Of a stretch of 64,000 nucleotides of DNA, positions 40,015 to 50,796 are shown piece after piece. A program made the position numbers and the translations under genes. Origin of the DNA: Candidatus Poribacteria bacterium (GTDB lineage Bacteria > Poribacteria > WGA-4E > WGA-3G). The notes beneath the pieces were generated by a model. The model was not told the origin of the DNA, did not search any database, and was given only the letters and a program-made list of their open reading frames with translations. The stretch spans positions 3,104,001-3,168,000 of the forward strand of contig CBDANF010000003.1 of the NCBI GenBank assembly GCA_965197475.1, written 5' to 3'. The stretch's first letter is position 1; every line of letters begins with the position of its first letter.

Positions 40015-41282
40015 ATCAAAAGTCAAACCCATCCTTGAATTCTAAAAAGTTGGAGGTATTAGGGGTCGTTCAAGCGCGCGGTGGCTCAAAAGGTATTCCT
40101 GGTAAAAACATACGAAACCTCGGTGGACACCCTTTGATCGCTTATAGCATCGCCTCTGCTCTGGCATCTTTATCAGTCACACGACTCATTATTTCTACTG
40201 ATGACGAGGAAATCGCTGATGTTGCCAAAGTTTATGGAGCTGAAGTGCTGTTTATGCGCCCAGATGCGTTAGCAACAGATGACGCACAGGATTTCCCGCT
40301 CTTTGAACATGCACTCGCTTGGTTTAAAAGTAATGAAAACTATGTGCCACAAGTGATTGTTCAGCTTCGTCCCACATCCCCGCTGCGTCCAAAAGGTTCA
40401 ATTGATGCTGCCGTTAAATTGCTGTCAGAGAATAATCGGGCTGATTGCGTTCGTACTGTAATTCCGTCTCAACAAAACCCTTACAAAATGTGGCGGGTGG
40501 GCGCAAGATATCTTATTCCACTGTTAGGTGATGAATTTTCGGAACCATACAACATGCCACGCCAGCAATTACCAAAAACCTATTGGCAAACAGGCCACCT
40601 TGACGTGATTCGTTATGAAACAATTGTTGAAAAAAACTCGCTCACAGGTGAACGGGTGCTACCGTTAATAATAGAACCGAAATACTGCACCGATATTGAT
40701 ACCCTTGAAGACTGGGAACATGCAGAGTGGAAGTTGTTACGTAACAACCTTGATATTGATTTTCCTAAAGAAATTGACCTTAACATACAATCAACAGACA
40801 ATCAGAAAAATACGATTCCATCTAAACCAGCTTTAGTTGTGCTAGATTTTGATGGTGTCCTGACCGATAATAGGGTTTGGGTTTCAGAATCAGGAGAGGA
40901 ATCCGTTGCTTGTAATCGTAGTGACGGCATGGGGTTATCTATGCTACGCAAAAGCGGTGTTCAAGTCGTTGTGCTTTCCACTGAACGAAACCCTGTTGTA
41001 GCCGCACGATGTAAAAAACTCAACCTTCCATGTGATCAAGGGATTGACGATAAACGTTCCGCCCTATTGAGATTGACAAAACAATACGAGGCAAACATGG
41101 ATGATGTCGTTTACATCGGAAATGATGTGAATGACTTAGAGTGCATCAATATCGTAGGATGTGGAATTGCTGTTGCCGATGCACATCCTTCTGTGCTTAA
41201 TGCTGCAGATGTTGTTCTTATCAATCGCGGCGGCTATGGTGCAGTTCGCGAATTTTGTGACCTACTGTTAAAATCGCATTAG
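40008..41282 (+). CDS. neuA: Acylneuraminate cytidylyltransferase fused to a KdsC-type HAD phosphatase
   Basis: ARGGSKGIPGKN, LRPTSPLR, DIDT; C-terminal DFDGVLTD..DG.G..GNDVND..GGYGAVRE. Confidence 0.9.
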   Translation: MVDQKSNPSLNSKKLEVLGVVQARGGSKGIPGKNIRNLGGHPLIAYSIASALASLSVTRLIISTDDEEIADVAKVYGAEVLFMRPDALATDDAQDFPLFEHALAWFKSNENYVPQVIVQLRPTSPLRPKGSIDAAVKLLSENNRADCVRTVIPSQQNPYKMWRVGARYLIPLLGDEFSEPYNMPRQQLPKTYWQTGHLDVIRYETIVEKNSLTGERVLPLIIEPKYCTDIDTLEDWEHAEWKLLRNNLDIDFPKEIDLNIQSTDNQKNTIPSKPALVVLDFDGVLTDNRVWVSESGEESVACNRSDGMGLSMLRKSGVQVVVLSTERNPVVAARCKKLNLPCDQGIDDKRSALLRLTKQYEANMDDVVYIGNDVNDLECINIVGCGIAVADAHPSVLNAADVVLINRGGYGAVREFCDLLLKSH

Positions 41283-41338
41283 GGAACACAGTCTCTTGAA
41301 CGCACCTGAACTAAGATAATACTAAAAAGGAGAAAAAA

Positions 41339-42229
41339 ATGTCTCAAGTTGTTCAGATTGGAGAAAAACATGTCGGAATGGGACAACCCGTTTATATCGT
41401 TGCCGAAATTGGGATCAACCACAATGGTGACATTGACATTGCGAAATCCCTCATTGACGCTGCTGTAAAGGCGGGATGTGATGCTGTCAAGTTTCAAAAA
41501 CGGACACCTGAGATATGTGTGCCTGCCGAACAACGGGATCAGATGCGTAGGACTCCGTGGGGATACATCAGTTATATGGAGTACCGCTACAAAGTAGAAT
41601 TCGGCATTGACGAATATACAGAAATTGATGAATATTGTCGTGCCAAAGGCATAGCTTGGTTTGCTTCTTGTTGGGATGAGCCTTCTGTGGATTTTATAGA
41701 ACAATTTAATCCACCGTGCTACAAAATTCCATCGGCAGCGTTAACCGATGCTGAATTGTTGGAGTATCATCGATCGATAAACCGTCTGCTGATTTTGTCT
41801 ACAGGGATGTCTACGCTTGACCAGGTGAAAGCCGCTGTCCAACTCGTTGGACAAGACGATCTAATTCTTCTACACTGTAACGGCACCTATCCTTGCCCAC
41901 CAGATCAATTAAATTTACGTACAATAACAACGCTTTCTAATATGTTTGAATGTCCAATAGGTTATTCAGGACATGAGGTAGGTCTTCCAACAACCCTCGC
42001 CGCAGTAACACTTCATGCTTGTTTTGTTGAAAGGCACATCACCCTTGATCGGGCAATGTGGGGTAGCGATCAAGCCGCATCCGTTGAACCACAGGGTTTT
42101 GACCGTTTAGTCAAATACATCCGCACCGTTGAAGCCTCTCTGGGTGACGGTGTTAAGCGGGTTTATCCAGGTGAAAAATCTGCTATGGAAAGATTAAGGA
42201 GGAAAGATACATTGATGTCACAATCATAA
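41339..42229 (+). CDS. neuB: N-acetylneuraminate/nonulosonate synthase family (short form)
   Basis: AEIGINHNGD, VKFQKR, LSTGMS, GYSGHE, ERHITLDRAMWGSD. Confidence 0.93.
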   Translation: MSQVVQIGEKHVGMGQPVYIVAEIGINHNGDIDIAKSLIDAAVKAGCDAVKFQKRTPEICVPAEQRDQMRRTPWGYISYMEYRYKVEFGIDEYTEIDEYCRAKGIAWFASCWDEPSVDFIEQFNPPCYKIPSAALTDAELLEYHRSINRLLILSTGMSTLDQVKAAVQLVGQDDLILLHCNGTYPCPPDQLNLRTITTLSNMFECPIGYSGHEVGLPTTLAAVTLHACFVERHITLDRAMWGSDQAASVEPQGFDRLVKYIRTVEASLGDGVKRVYPGEKSAMERLRRKDTLMSQS

Positions 42230-42256
42230 TTTTGGTTGAATGACTGAAAATGTAGT

Positions 42257-42832
42257 ATGCGTTCCTATTTGCGCATACACTACTTTATTACCATGCTAAG
42301 AGAATTTACCAATAATGTTACCCGATGGGATACGTTGCTATTCCATCGCATCTTTGGTTGGAGCGATAGACGGTTTTTGAATCGTTCGCTTCGTCTGATT
42401 TCTTGGACTGCTAACGGATATTTGTATCCGTTTATTGCAATCTACCTATTTCTCAGGTTTGAAAGTACAGTTGGTACACCGTTTTTGTTGTCGGCAGTTG
42501 TTGCATTCCCAATTGAGAGATTTTTCTACCATCTGCTGAAACAGTCAATGAAACGTGACCGTCCCTTTGCGAAAATTGATGATGTTCAGTTCCGAGTTCG
42601 ACCACCGGATCAGTTTAGTTTTCCATCAGGACATACTACCTCGGCGTTCCTTGTGATGACACTGCTATCGAATCTCTTTCCTGTTCCAGCATTACAAATT
42701 GGAATATTTGTCTGGGCATCAATGGTCGGTGTCGCACGTGTATATCTCGGGGTACATTATCCGACTGATGTACTCGCAGGTGCGCTTCTCGGAATTCTTA
42801 CTGCCCATATAGGAATGTGGTTCGTCATGTAG
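42257..42832 (+). CDS. PAP2 family phosphatase
   Basis: [25 protein letters not shown]. Confidence 0.92.
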   Translation: MRSYLRIHYFITMLREFTNNVTRWDTLLFHRIFGWSDRRFLNRSLRLISWTANGYLYPFIAIYLFLRFESTVGTPFLLSAVVAFPIERFFYHLLKQSMKRDRPFAKIDDVQFRVRPPDQFSFPSGHTTSAFLVMTLLSNLFPVPALQIGIFVWASMVGVARVYLGVHYPTDVLAGALLGILTAHIGMWFVM

Positions 42833-43180
42833 TAAAATCCTATTCTGCCAAGAACTTGACGCAAACTTTTTCCACATTTTGCGTTCCAATACTGAATGTT
42901 TTGGAACTTGGCATCTCTTTATCTGTTCGTTGGTTAAATGCAGTTCCAATATTCTTCCACACATTTCTGTGCACAAATAAATTTTAAATCTAAAATATTT
43001 TCCAAAAAAATATATAGTAAATTTTTGTTAATTGGTATAATGTGTCGCAACGCAATCGCTTATTTTTCTAAATACTTCTGCAAAATATATTGAGAGTATA
43101 AATTCGTATTGAGGCTTTGATTCTGCAGGTTTTCCTTAATAAAAAAATTCTACTGCAATAACTTAAAAAGGTGATTTCTG

Positions 43181-44194
43181 ATGAAAAAGAAGATTCTGTT
43201 TATATGCGGTTCAATGAACATCACAACGCAGATGCAACAAATCGCTCAAGAGTTACCTGAATACGAAAAGTATTTCACACCGTTTTATGCTGACGGACTT
43301 ATCAAATTTCTTAATAAACTTAAACTTGTTGAATTCACAATTATCGGAGATAAACGTGCTGGAGAATGCCGCCGTTACCTTGAAGAACACAAAATGCCTA
43401 TTGACTATGGGGGCACGCAACACGATTATGATTTGGTTGTCACATGTAGTGATCTCGTCGTACAGAAAAATATACAAGACAAAAAACGCATTGTCGTCCA
43501 AGAGGGAATCACAGACCCAGAGAGATTTTCTTATCATCTCGTAAAAACCTTCAAATTTCTGCCAAAATGGTTTGCTGGGACTTCAGCGAACGGCATAAGC
43601 AACAATTTCGACTACTACTGCGTTGCTGGTGAAGGTTATCGTGACTTGTTTATCCAAAAAGGGGTTAAGCCGGAGAAAATTCGTGTGACAGGTATTCCGA
43701 ATTTCGATAATTGCCAGAAGTACTATGATAACGACTTCCCACATAAAGGGTATGTTCTGGTTTGCACCTCTGATCTGCGCGAGAAATTCCGTTATGAGAA
43801 TCGGAAAAAGTTCATCAAGAAAGCCCTTGAAATTGCACAGGGACGGCAGCTGATTTTCAAACTTCATCCCAACGAAAAATTTGAACGGCGCACAGCCGAA
43901 ATTAAGAGGTTGGCACCCGATGCCCTCGTCTATACCTCAGGGAGTGCTGAAGAAATGATTGCTAATTCTGACGCACTGATCACCAGTTATTCATCAACGA
44001 TATACGTAGGATTAGCTCTTGGCAAAGAGGTCTATTCTGTTCTGGACATGGATGAACTTCAACAATTGACACCTGTGCAGAACGGTTGTGCTGCACAGCA
44101 TATTGCCGATGTTTGTCGCGAGTTAATCGGAGATGAACACAGCTTAAATGAAGCCGTTTCTTCCACTAAAAAACAGGTTCCGGCACATGCTTAA
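43181..44194 (+). CDS. GT-B fold protein, candidate CMP-nonulosonate transferase
   Basis: VTGIPNFD, FKLHPNE, YSST; next to neuAB. Confidence 0.55.
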   Translation: MKKKILFICGSMNITTQMQQIAQELPEYEKYFTPFYADGLIKFLNKLKLVEFTIIGDKRAGECRRYLEEHKMPIDYGGTQHDYDLVVTCSDLVVQKNIQDKKRIVVQEGITDPERFSYHLVKTFKFLPKWFAGTSANGISNNFDYYCVAGEGYRDLFIQKGVKPEKIRVTGIPNFDNCQKYYDNDFPHKGYVLVCTSDLREKFRYENRKKFIKKALEIAQGRQLIFKLHPNEKFERRTAEIKRLAPDALVYTSGSAEEMIANSDALITSYSSTIYVGLALGKEVYSVLDMDELQQLTPVQNGCAAQHIADVCRELIGDEHSLNEAVSSTKKQVPAHA

Positions 44195-44403
44195 ACCTTC
44201 TTTTTAGTTCTTCAAAGCGCACCAATTTCCTTGGTAAGCGCGCTAATTTTCCTCATAACTTAATTTTCTTCTTTTAAAGACGTACCAATTCTTCCTTATA
44301 GGTGCAATCATCATTCGTGTAGATGTGCACTGCAAACGCGCGCTTCTCATAACCGAATTATAGACTTTACAATAAATAAGTTTTCAAATTATGACGGTCA
44401 TGC

Positions 44404-44433
44404 AACCTTACAACCTCAAAATCGCGTCACTAT
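44404..44433 (+). promoter_or_regulatory. Candidate ECF autoregulatory promoter
   Basis: AACCTT-N15-CGTCACTAT; same layout at 49134-49163. Confidence 0.5.
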
Positions 44434-44466
44434 TAATTGTAGGTATATGTTCTTACGAGGTCTCTA

Positions 44467-47076
44467 ATGGAAAAAGACGACGTTGAATTGATTGACAGCA
44501 TTTTGTCTGGCGACGAAGCTGCTTTCAGTAGTTTAGTCCGAAAATACCAAAAGGGCATTCATGCCCTGGCATGGCGCAAAATCGGTGATTTCCATATCGC
44601 TGAAGAAATTACGCAAGATACCTTCCTACACGTATACAAAAAATTGCCAACCTTAAAAGATCCAAATCAATTTGCTGGATGGTTGTATGTGATTGCTGAT
44701 AGACAATGCATTGCATGGCTGCGGAAGAAAAGATTGGTGATGCAATCTCTGGAAGTTATCGGTGAAGAGATACTGGAAAAAACTGCTTATGCCTCTTATG
44801 TAGCAGAACAACGTGAAGAAGCATCCGCAGTGCGTCGCCGTGAAATCGTTGATAGCCTTCTGGAAAAGCTGCCAAATGCCGAACGCACAACGATGATCCT
44901 CCACTATCTTGGAGAAATGTCCTGTAAAGCAATTAGCCAGTATTTAGGTGTATCTCTGAACACGGTAAAGAGCCGACTCAACCGAGCGCGAAATCGCTTA
45001 AAACTGGAAGAACCCATACTTCAAGATACTCCTGATCAAAGACAAGGAGATAATTTTATGGAAAACCAAAAACCCACAATTCCTGTGCTAGCAGGTTCAC
45101 TTGAAGGTGATGTAACAACTTGGGCACTCCCCGAAGGCGCGATTGCCCGATTAGGGCGCGGAAGTGAACCTGAAATGGCGTTCTCACCTAATGAGCAGTC
45201 CCTTGTCATTGGCACGTGCACAGGACTCTGGTTATATGACCTCGCAACACTAACCCCTGTCGCACTTTGGGAGACGGAACAAAAGTATGTCGAATCTGTA
45301 GTTTTTTCGCCTAACGGAAAATGGATAGCCGCCAGTTTTTCAGGTAGACTTGTTAAGATTTTGGATGTCCAGAATGGTACGTGCTTGACACAAGTCAAAT
45401 TTGAGACTTCCGCAGAAAGCGTGACCTTTTCCCACGACAATAGGTATATCGCAGTTAATTCTTCTGTCTATGATAGCACCCCTGTTGTTGAAGTCTGGCA
45501 TGCGGAAACCGGCAAGCCGTTTGCAAAATTCACTGCAGACGATGAAAGAGTAGGACATTACCAACCTATTAGTTTCTCACCTGATACTCGACTGATTGCG
45601 TCTACGTGTATGTCCGCTAATTCTGATGAAGCAGGCTCAATAGTAGTATGGGATATGAAAAGCGGCGAACAAATTGCGTGTCTCTCAGCACATACACGTT
45701 GGGTAACTACTCTTTGCTTTTCACCGTGTGGGCAGTTCCTTGCCTCTGGAGGTAAAGATAGCACAGTGTACGTATGGGATGTTAATACTTGGCAACAAGT
45801 GAAATGTTATACCGATTATGGTCACGTGTATAGTATTATCCCCTCCTATTCACCAGATGGAATTCTACGTGCAGCGATTGTGAATTATGACGAGACCGGT
45901 CCCGCTACTATCTCTTTACGTGACCTTGAAAGTAATGAGCAACTTTATAATGATCAAGTTTGGGGTAATACGATAAGATTTGCCTCCATCGGTAATTGGG
46001 GAAACAATGTCCTGTTTTCTAACGGTTCACAACTTGCTTACGAATGTCGACACGAATTTATCAACGTATGGACTTTTGATAATCCTGTCAAACGTCAATT
46101 CACGCATTCGCCTATCTCGTGGCCGAGAACGATTGTATTCTCCCAGGATGGTAAAACATTAGCTGCTGAACACTTTCAAGAAGGTGTTGTATTATGGGAT
46201 ATTGAAAGTAAACGTTCGCGTCCAGCAGTTAAAGTGGAATCTGCCGGAAAAAATCAGTTTGTATATAAAACCGTTAGTGGTAAACTCCATGTCGCAAGTA
46301 TCAAAAATGACACTGTTACACTATGGGAAGCTGATGGCAATGGAATACCACTTATTGAAGGAACTGGACGTGAATACTGGAGCGCATCTCCGGCATTAGC
46401 ACTGACAGGAACGCTATTCGCTTATGCTGGCGAGGATGGCACCGTACAAGTGTGGGATGTGCTGAATGGAGAGAAACTTCATGAATTCACTCATCCTCTT
46501 GAGCCATCTGATGACGACGATGATGAGGATGATGGCGATTTTGTTGATGAGTTGAAATTCAGTCAGGATGGAAAATTACTTGTAAGTGAATCAAAATCTC
46601 ATAATGTCAGACTGTGGGACATGGAACTTGGTGAAGAGATAAAACCGTTGCCAGGTGATGAAATCAAGGGAGTCCGATTTTGCAGGTGTGGACGGTACCA
46701 TGCTTACTTGGGAAAAGAAGGGAAGCGATATTGGGATATCACCCAACGGGAATACTGTGAAGATGTAACCTGCTTGTGTAACCCGACATGGGTTGAAATA
46801 GAAAAAAGGTTGTCAATACCACCAGAATTCGAACAATTTGAGGGTCCATCAGCACATTCTTCGTGTGGGAAGTACATAGCACTTCAAACATCGCACAAAG
46901 ATTTAGAGAGGTATCCTATTGATCTATGGGAAGTCGCGAGTGGTAAACATCTTGTCACCTTTCAGGGTCCCTCAGATGAGTTGGAAGAAATCGCCTTCTC
47001 TCCAGACAACAAACTTTTAGCCAGTTCGAGCTATGATGGTATTATCCTACTTTGGGATCTGAAAACTTATCTGTAA
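44467..47076 (+). CDS. ECF sigma factor fused to WD40 repeats
   Basis: AEEITQDTF..FAGWLY (sigma2), TVKSRLNRAR (sigma4), many FSP.G/WD repeats. Confidence 0.92.
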   Translation: MEKDDVELIDSILSGDEAAFSSLVRKYQKGIHALAWRKIGDFHIAEEITQDTFLHVYKKLPTLKDPNQFAGWLYVIADRQCIAWLRKKRLVMQSLEVIGEEILEKTAYASYVAEQREEASAVRRREIVDSLLEKLPNAERTTMILHYLGEMSCKAISQYLGVSLNTVKSRLNRARNRLKLEEPILQDTPDQRQGDNFMENQKPTIPVLAGSLEGDVTTWALPEGAIARLGRGSEPEMAFSPNEQSLVIGTCTGLWLYDLATLTPVALWETEQKYVESVVFSPNGKWIAASFSGRLVKILDVQNGTCLTQVKFETSAESVTFSHDNRYIAVNSSVYDSTPVVEVWHAETGKPFAKFTADDERVGHYQPISFSPDTRLIASTCMSANSDEAGSIVVWDMKSGEQIACLSAHTRWVTTLCFSPCGQFLASGGKDSTVYVWDVNTWQQVKCYTDYGHVYSIIPSYSPDGILRAAIVNYDETGPATISLRDLESNEQLYNDQVWGNTIRFASIGNWGNNVLFSNGSQLAYECRHEFINVWTFDNPVKRQFTHSPISWPRTIVFSQDGKTLAAEHFQEGVVLWDIESKRSRPAVKVESAGKNQFVYKTVSGKLHVASIKNDTVTLWEADGNGIPLIEGTGREYWSASPALALTGTLFAYAGEDGTVQVWDVLNGEKLHEFTHPLEPSDDDDDEDDGDFVDELKFSQDGKLLVSESKSHNVRLWDMELGEEIKPLPGDEIKGVRFCRCGRYHAYLGKEGKRYWDITQREYCEDVTCLCNPTWVEIEKRLSIPPEFEQFEGPSAHSSCGKYIALQTSHKDLERYPIDLWEVASGKHLVTFQGPSDELEEIAFSPDNKLLASSSYDGIILLWDLKTYL

Positions 47077-47093
47077 ATATAGGAGACCTGTCG

Positions 47094-49109
47094 ATGCATG
47101 ACAAAATAATAGAAATTTCCAGGCCAATAGGTGCTGACGCAAATGATGTAACAACTTGGGCACTCCCCGAAGGTGCTATCGCAAGATTAGGGCGCGGAAG
47201 TGAACCTAAAATGACATTCTCAGCTAATGGGCAGTATCTTGCCATTGGAACCTTATTAGGACTCTGGTTATATGACCTCGCAACGCTCTCCCCTATTGCA
47301 CTTTGGAATGTAGAACGAGGGATGGTCGAATCTGTCGCCTTTTCACCTAACGGAAAATGGATTGCCGCCAGTCATTCAGGTCGAATGCTTAAGATTTGGA
47401 ATGTCCAGAATGGTACGTTCTGGACACAGGTCAAATTAGAGAATTTCATATATAGAATGACCTTTTCCCACGATAACCAGTATCTCGCCGTGGCTTATGA
47501 TCGTTCGTCAGTTATTGAAGTATGGCATACGGAAACCGGTAAACCGTTTGCAAGATTGACTGCAGACATTGAAGAAGGTGGCATCTACCGACCTATTTGT
47601 TTCTCACCTGATACTCAACTGATAGCGTCTACGTGTAGATCCGCTACCACTGACAGAGCGGAGTCAATAACAGTGTGGAGTATGGAAAGCGGCGAACAAA
47701 TTGCGTGCCTCTCAGCACACACCTATTGGGTAACGTCTCTCTGCTTTTCACCTTGCGGGAAGTTCCTCGCCTCCGGTGGTGAAGATGGCACAGTGTACGT
47801 CTGGGATGTGGATACTTGGCAACAAGTGCAGTGTTATACCGATTTTGGTCGTGTGTATCGCATTATGCCTTCTTGGACACCAGATGGCATTCTACGCGCA
47901 GCGATTGTCCATTATGAGGATACCGGTCCCGCCACTATCTCTGTCCGTGACCTTGAAAGTGATGAGAAACTTTACACCGATCAAGTATGGGGTAATACAG
48001 CAACAGAATTTTTCTCTATCTTTGAATGGGGCAATAATGTCGTATTTTCAAACGGTTCACAACTTGCTTACGAATGCCGACATGAATTTATCAACGTATG
48101 GACTTCTGACAATCCTGTCAAACGTCAATTTACACATTCTCCTATCTCATTTCCTAAATCAATGGTATTCTCACAGGATGGAAAAACTTTGGCTGTGAAA
48201 CACCACCAGGAAGGTGTTGTATTATGGGATATTGCCAGTAAACGTTCACGTCCCGCAGTTCAAGTGGAATCTGCTGGAAAAAATCAGTTTGTATATAAAA
48301 CTGATGGCGGTAAACTTCTTGTCGCGAGTATCATAGATGATAACGTTACGCTTTGGGAGGCTGATGGTGACGGGACTCCACTTATTGAAGCAACTGGACG
48401 AGAATACTGGAGTGCTTTTCCTGCATTAGCACCGAATGGCACGCTTTTCGCTTATGCCGATGCAGATGGTAACCTAAAAGTATGGGATGTACAAAGTGGG
48501 AAGAAACTCTATGAATTGATACATCCCCTTGAGCCAGGCAATGACAACGATGACGAAGATGATGGTGATTTTGTTGATGAGTTGAAATTCAGTCATGATG
48601 GAAAATTACTCGCAAGTGAATCAAGGTCTAATAATGTCAGACTATGGGACATGGAACTTGGTGAAGAGTTTGATCCGTTTCCAAGTGATAATGTCACGGG
48701 AATCATCGAATTTTCACCGTGTGGACAGTACCTTTCTTGCTGTGGAAAAGAAGATTTGCTAATTTGGGACATCACCCACCGTAGACCCTGTGAGGATGAA
48801 ACAAACTTGTATACACTAACCCGGTTTCATATTGAAGCGAGGTTGTCACTACCTCCAGAAATCGAATATGTTGAAGATCCTGTATTTTCTTCGTGCGGGA
48901 AGTACTTGGCTAACAATGGATCGTGGGATCAGGATTTAAATATCTTTCCAATCTGTTTGTTTGAAGTCAAGAATGGTAAACATCTTGTCACCTTTAGGGG
49001 ACACACCACAGAAATGCAGATACTCGCCTTCTCTCCAGACAACAAACTTTTAGCCAGTGCGAGTCATGATGGCACTGTCCAGCTTTGGGATTTGACACCG
49101 TATCTGTGA
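47094..49109 (+). CDS. WD40 repeat protein, tandem paralog of the upstream WD40 region
   Basis: AGGAG RBS; long near-identical stretches shared with 45058-47076. Confidence 0.92.
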   Translation: MHDKIIEISRPIGADANDVTTWALPEGAIARLGRGSEPKMTFSANGQYLAIGTLLGLWLYDLATLSPIALWNVERGMVESVAFSPNGKWIAASHSGRMLKIWNVQNGTFWTQVKLENFIYRMTFSHDNQYLAVAYDRSSVIEVWHTETGKPFARLTADIEEGGIYRPICFSPDTQLIASTCRSATTDRAESITVWSMESGEQIACLSAHTYWVTSLCFSPCGKFLASGGEDGTVYVWDVDTWQQVQCYTDFGRVYRIMPSWTPDGILRAAIVHYEDTGPATISVRDLESDEKLYTDQVWGNTATEFFSIFEWGNNVVFSNGSQLAYECRHEFINVWTSDNPVKRQFTHSPISFPKSMVFSQDGKTLAVKHHQEGVVLWDIASKRSRPAVQVESAGKNQFVYKTDGGKLLVASIIDDNVTLWEADGDGTPLIEATGREYWSAFPALAPNGTLFAYADADGNLKVWDVQSGKKLYELIHPLEPGNDNDDEDDGDFVDELKFSHDGKLLASESRSNNVRLWDMELGEEFDPFPSDNVTGIIEFSPCGQYLSCCGKEDLLIWDITHRRPCEDETNLYTLTRFHIEARLSLPPEIEYVEDPVFSSCGKYLANNGSWDQDLNIFPICLFEVKNGKHLVTFRGHTTEMQILAFSPDNKLLASASHDGTVQLWDLTPYL

Positions 49110-49189
49110 TTCAAAAATCCATAGATAATTTTAAACCTTTTTTCCATAAACCCTCCTCTCTATATTAAAACTTGCTCTGGAATTTGTTT

Positions 49190-50796
49190 ATGCACAACGA
49201 TTTGCTTGCTTTCAGTAATCTAACAGATCAAGAATTGATTCAACTCGTACAAAACAGGAACGAAGCAGCTTTTGCAGAACTGATTTCCCGTTGGACACCA
49301 CGGATTAGGGGTGTCATTGTTGCTAATTCGAGACAACTTAGAGACGCTGAAGAAATTCACACTGACATCTGGATAGCGGTATGGCAAAATATTGGCGGAC
49401 TCCAGAAAATCGAAAGTTTTGGTGCATGGTTGCACCGTATTGCCTACAACGCCTGCAAGCGATACTACACTTTGGCGAGACAATCACGAAATGAAATACC
49501 GCATCAACGCTCCGTGATAATTGAACACATTGACCAATATGCTGCAGCGCGATATAGAGAAGCACAATTAATTGCTGATGTAAAAGAAGCTATCCATAAC
49601 CTACCACAAAAGGTACGCTCTGTAGCAGAATTGTTTTATTTAGAATCATGGAGTATCAAAGAAATTGCAGAGGAGTTCAATCTCGCTGTTGGTACAGTAA
49701 AAACAAAATTAAGAGAGATACGAACGCTCCTGCGTGAAGAATTTGATGCAGAACCAATAAGAGGAGGAGTTATGTCTTCAAAAAATGTTGAATCACACAG
49801 TCCAATTCAGATTGACACAGATAAAGCGGAACCAATCCGAATACCCGCACAGCTGAATGTTGTTGCCAACGACCCAACCGGGAATACTTGGGCACTACCG
49901 AAGGGAGCAATTGTGAGGTTTGGTAAAGGGAACACGAGAGGTCTCAGACTTTCGCCTAATGGAAAGTTTATTGCTGTCCCGACTGAGTTAGGGTTATGGT
50001 GGTATGATGTCTTGACTACATTACCTGTTTCGTTATGGGAACCGGGTGAAGGACACGTCTTTTCCTTCGATTTTTCACCGGATGGGAAATGGATCATCAT
50101 ATATACAGGGTTCAGCACCATCAAGGTTATGGATATCCAAAGCGGTGAGTGTGTCATGCAGATAGACGATCAAGATGCCTATGTAGCTCTCAAATGTTCG
50201 TCAAATGGAAAATGGATTGCTACAGCAAGCATGGAGGGCATTGTTAAAGTGTTGGATGTCCAAACTGGTGAATGCATCGCACAAATGGATCGTGGAGAAC
50301 ACAAATGGAAGTCAAACGATATTTGGCAACTCCAATTTTCCCCAAATGGTGAACTTCTTGCCGCGGTCGCTGGGAATCCCAAACGTTATTCAAACGACGA
50401 CGAACTTTTGAATCCAGACACAGAAGAAACACAAACTTACGTGTGGAATCCCGAAACAGGTAAACCAATTATCAAATTTGCGGGCCAGGATTTCGTCTTT
50501 TCATCAGATAGTCGTTTATTGGCGGGAGCATGTGCTGACGAAACCTTGAACGACGACGAAGGTATTGACCGTTGTGTCTCAGTATGGGATGTGACATCAC
50601 GCGAACAGATTGCACTTTTTACTGGACACGACGATTGGGTAGACGATATCGCTATTTCACCGTGTGGACAATTCGTTGCATCCGATGATGGGGTACTACG
50701 TGTGTGGGAGATAGCAACAGGTTCACAAAAGAATGTTTATCCAGACTTTGGCGATCCGTATTCCTTATTTTACACAAAAGAAGGTAGACTATTTGC
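49190..50796 (+). pseudogene. ECF sigma-WD40 fusion truncated by an IS
   Basis: sigma2/sigma4 plus WD40 repeats; sequence switches to the IS terminus at 50797. Confidence 0.8.

Noticed and set aside
45100-49109. WD40 duplicates as DGR template/variable repeats
   Set aside because: No reverse transcriptase; differences are not adenine-specific and both copies are full genes
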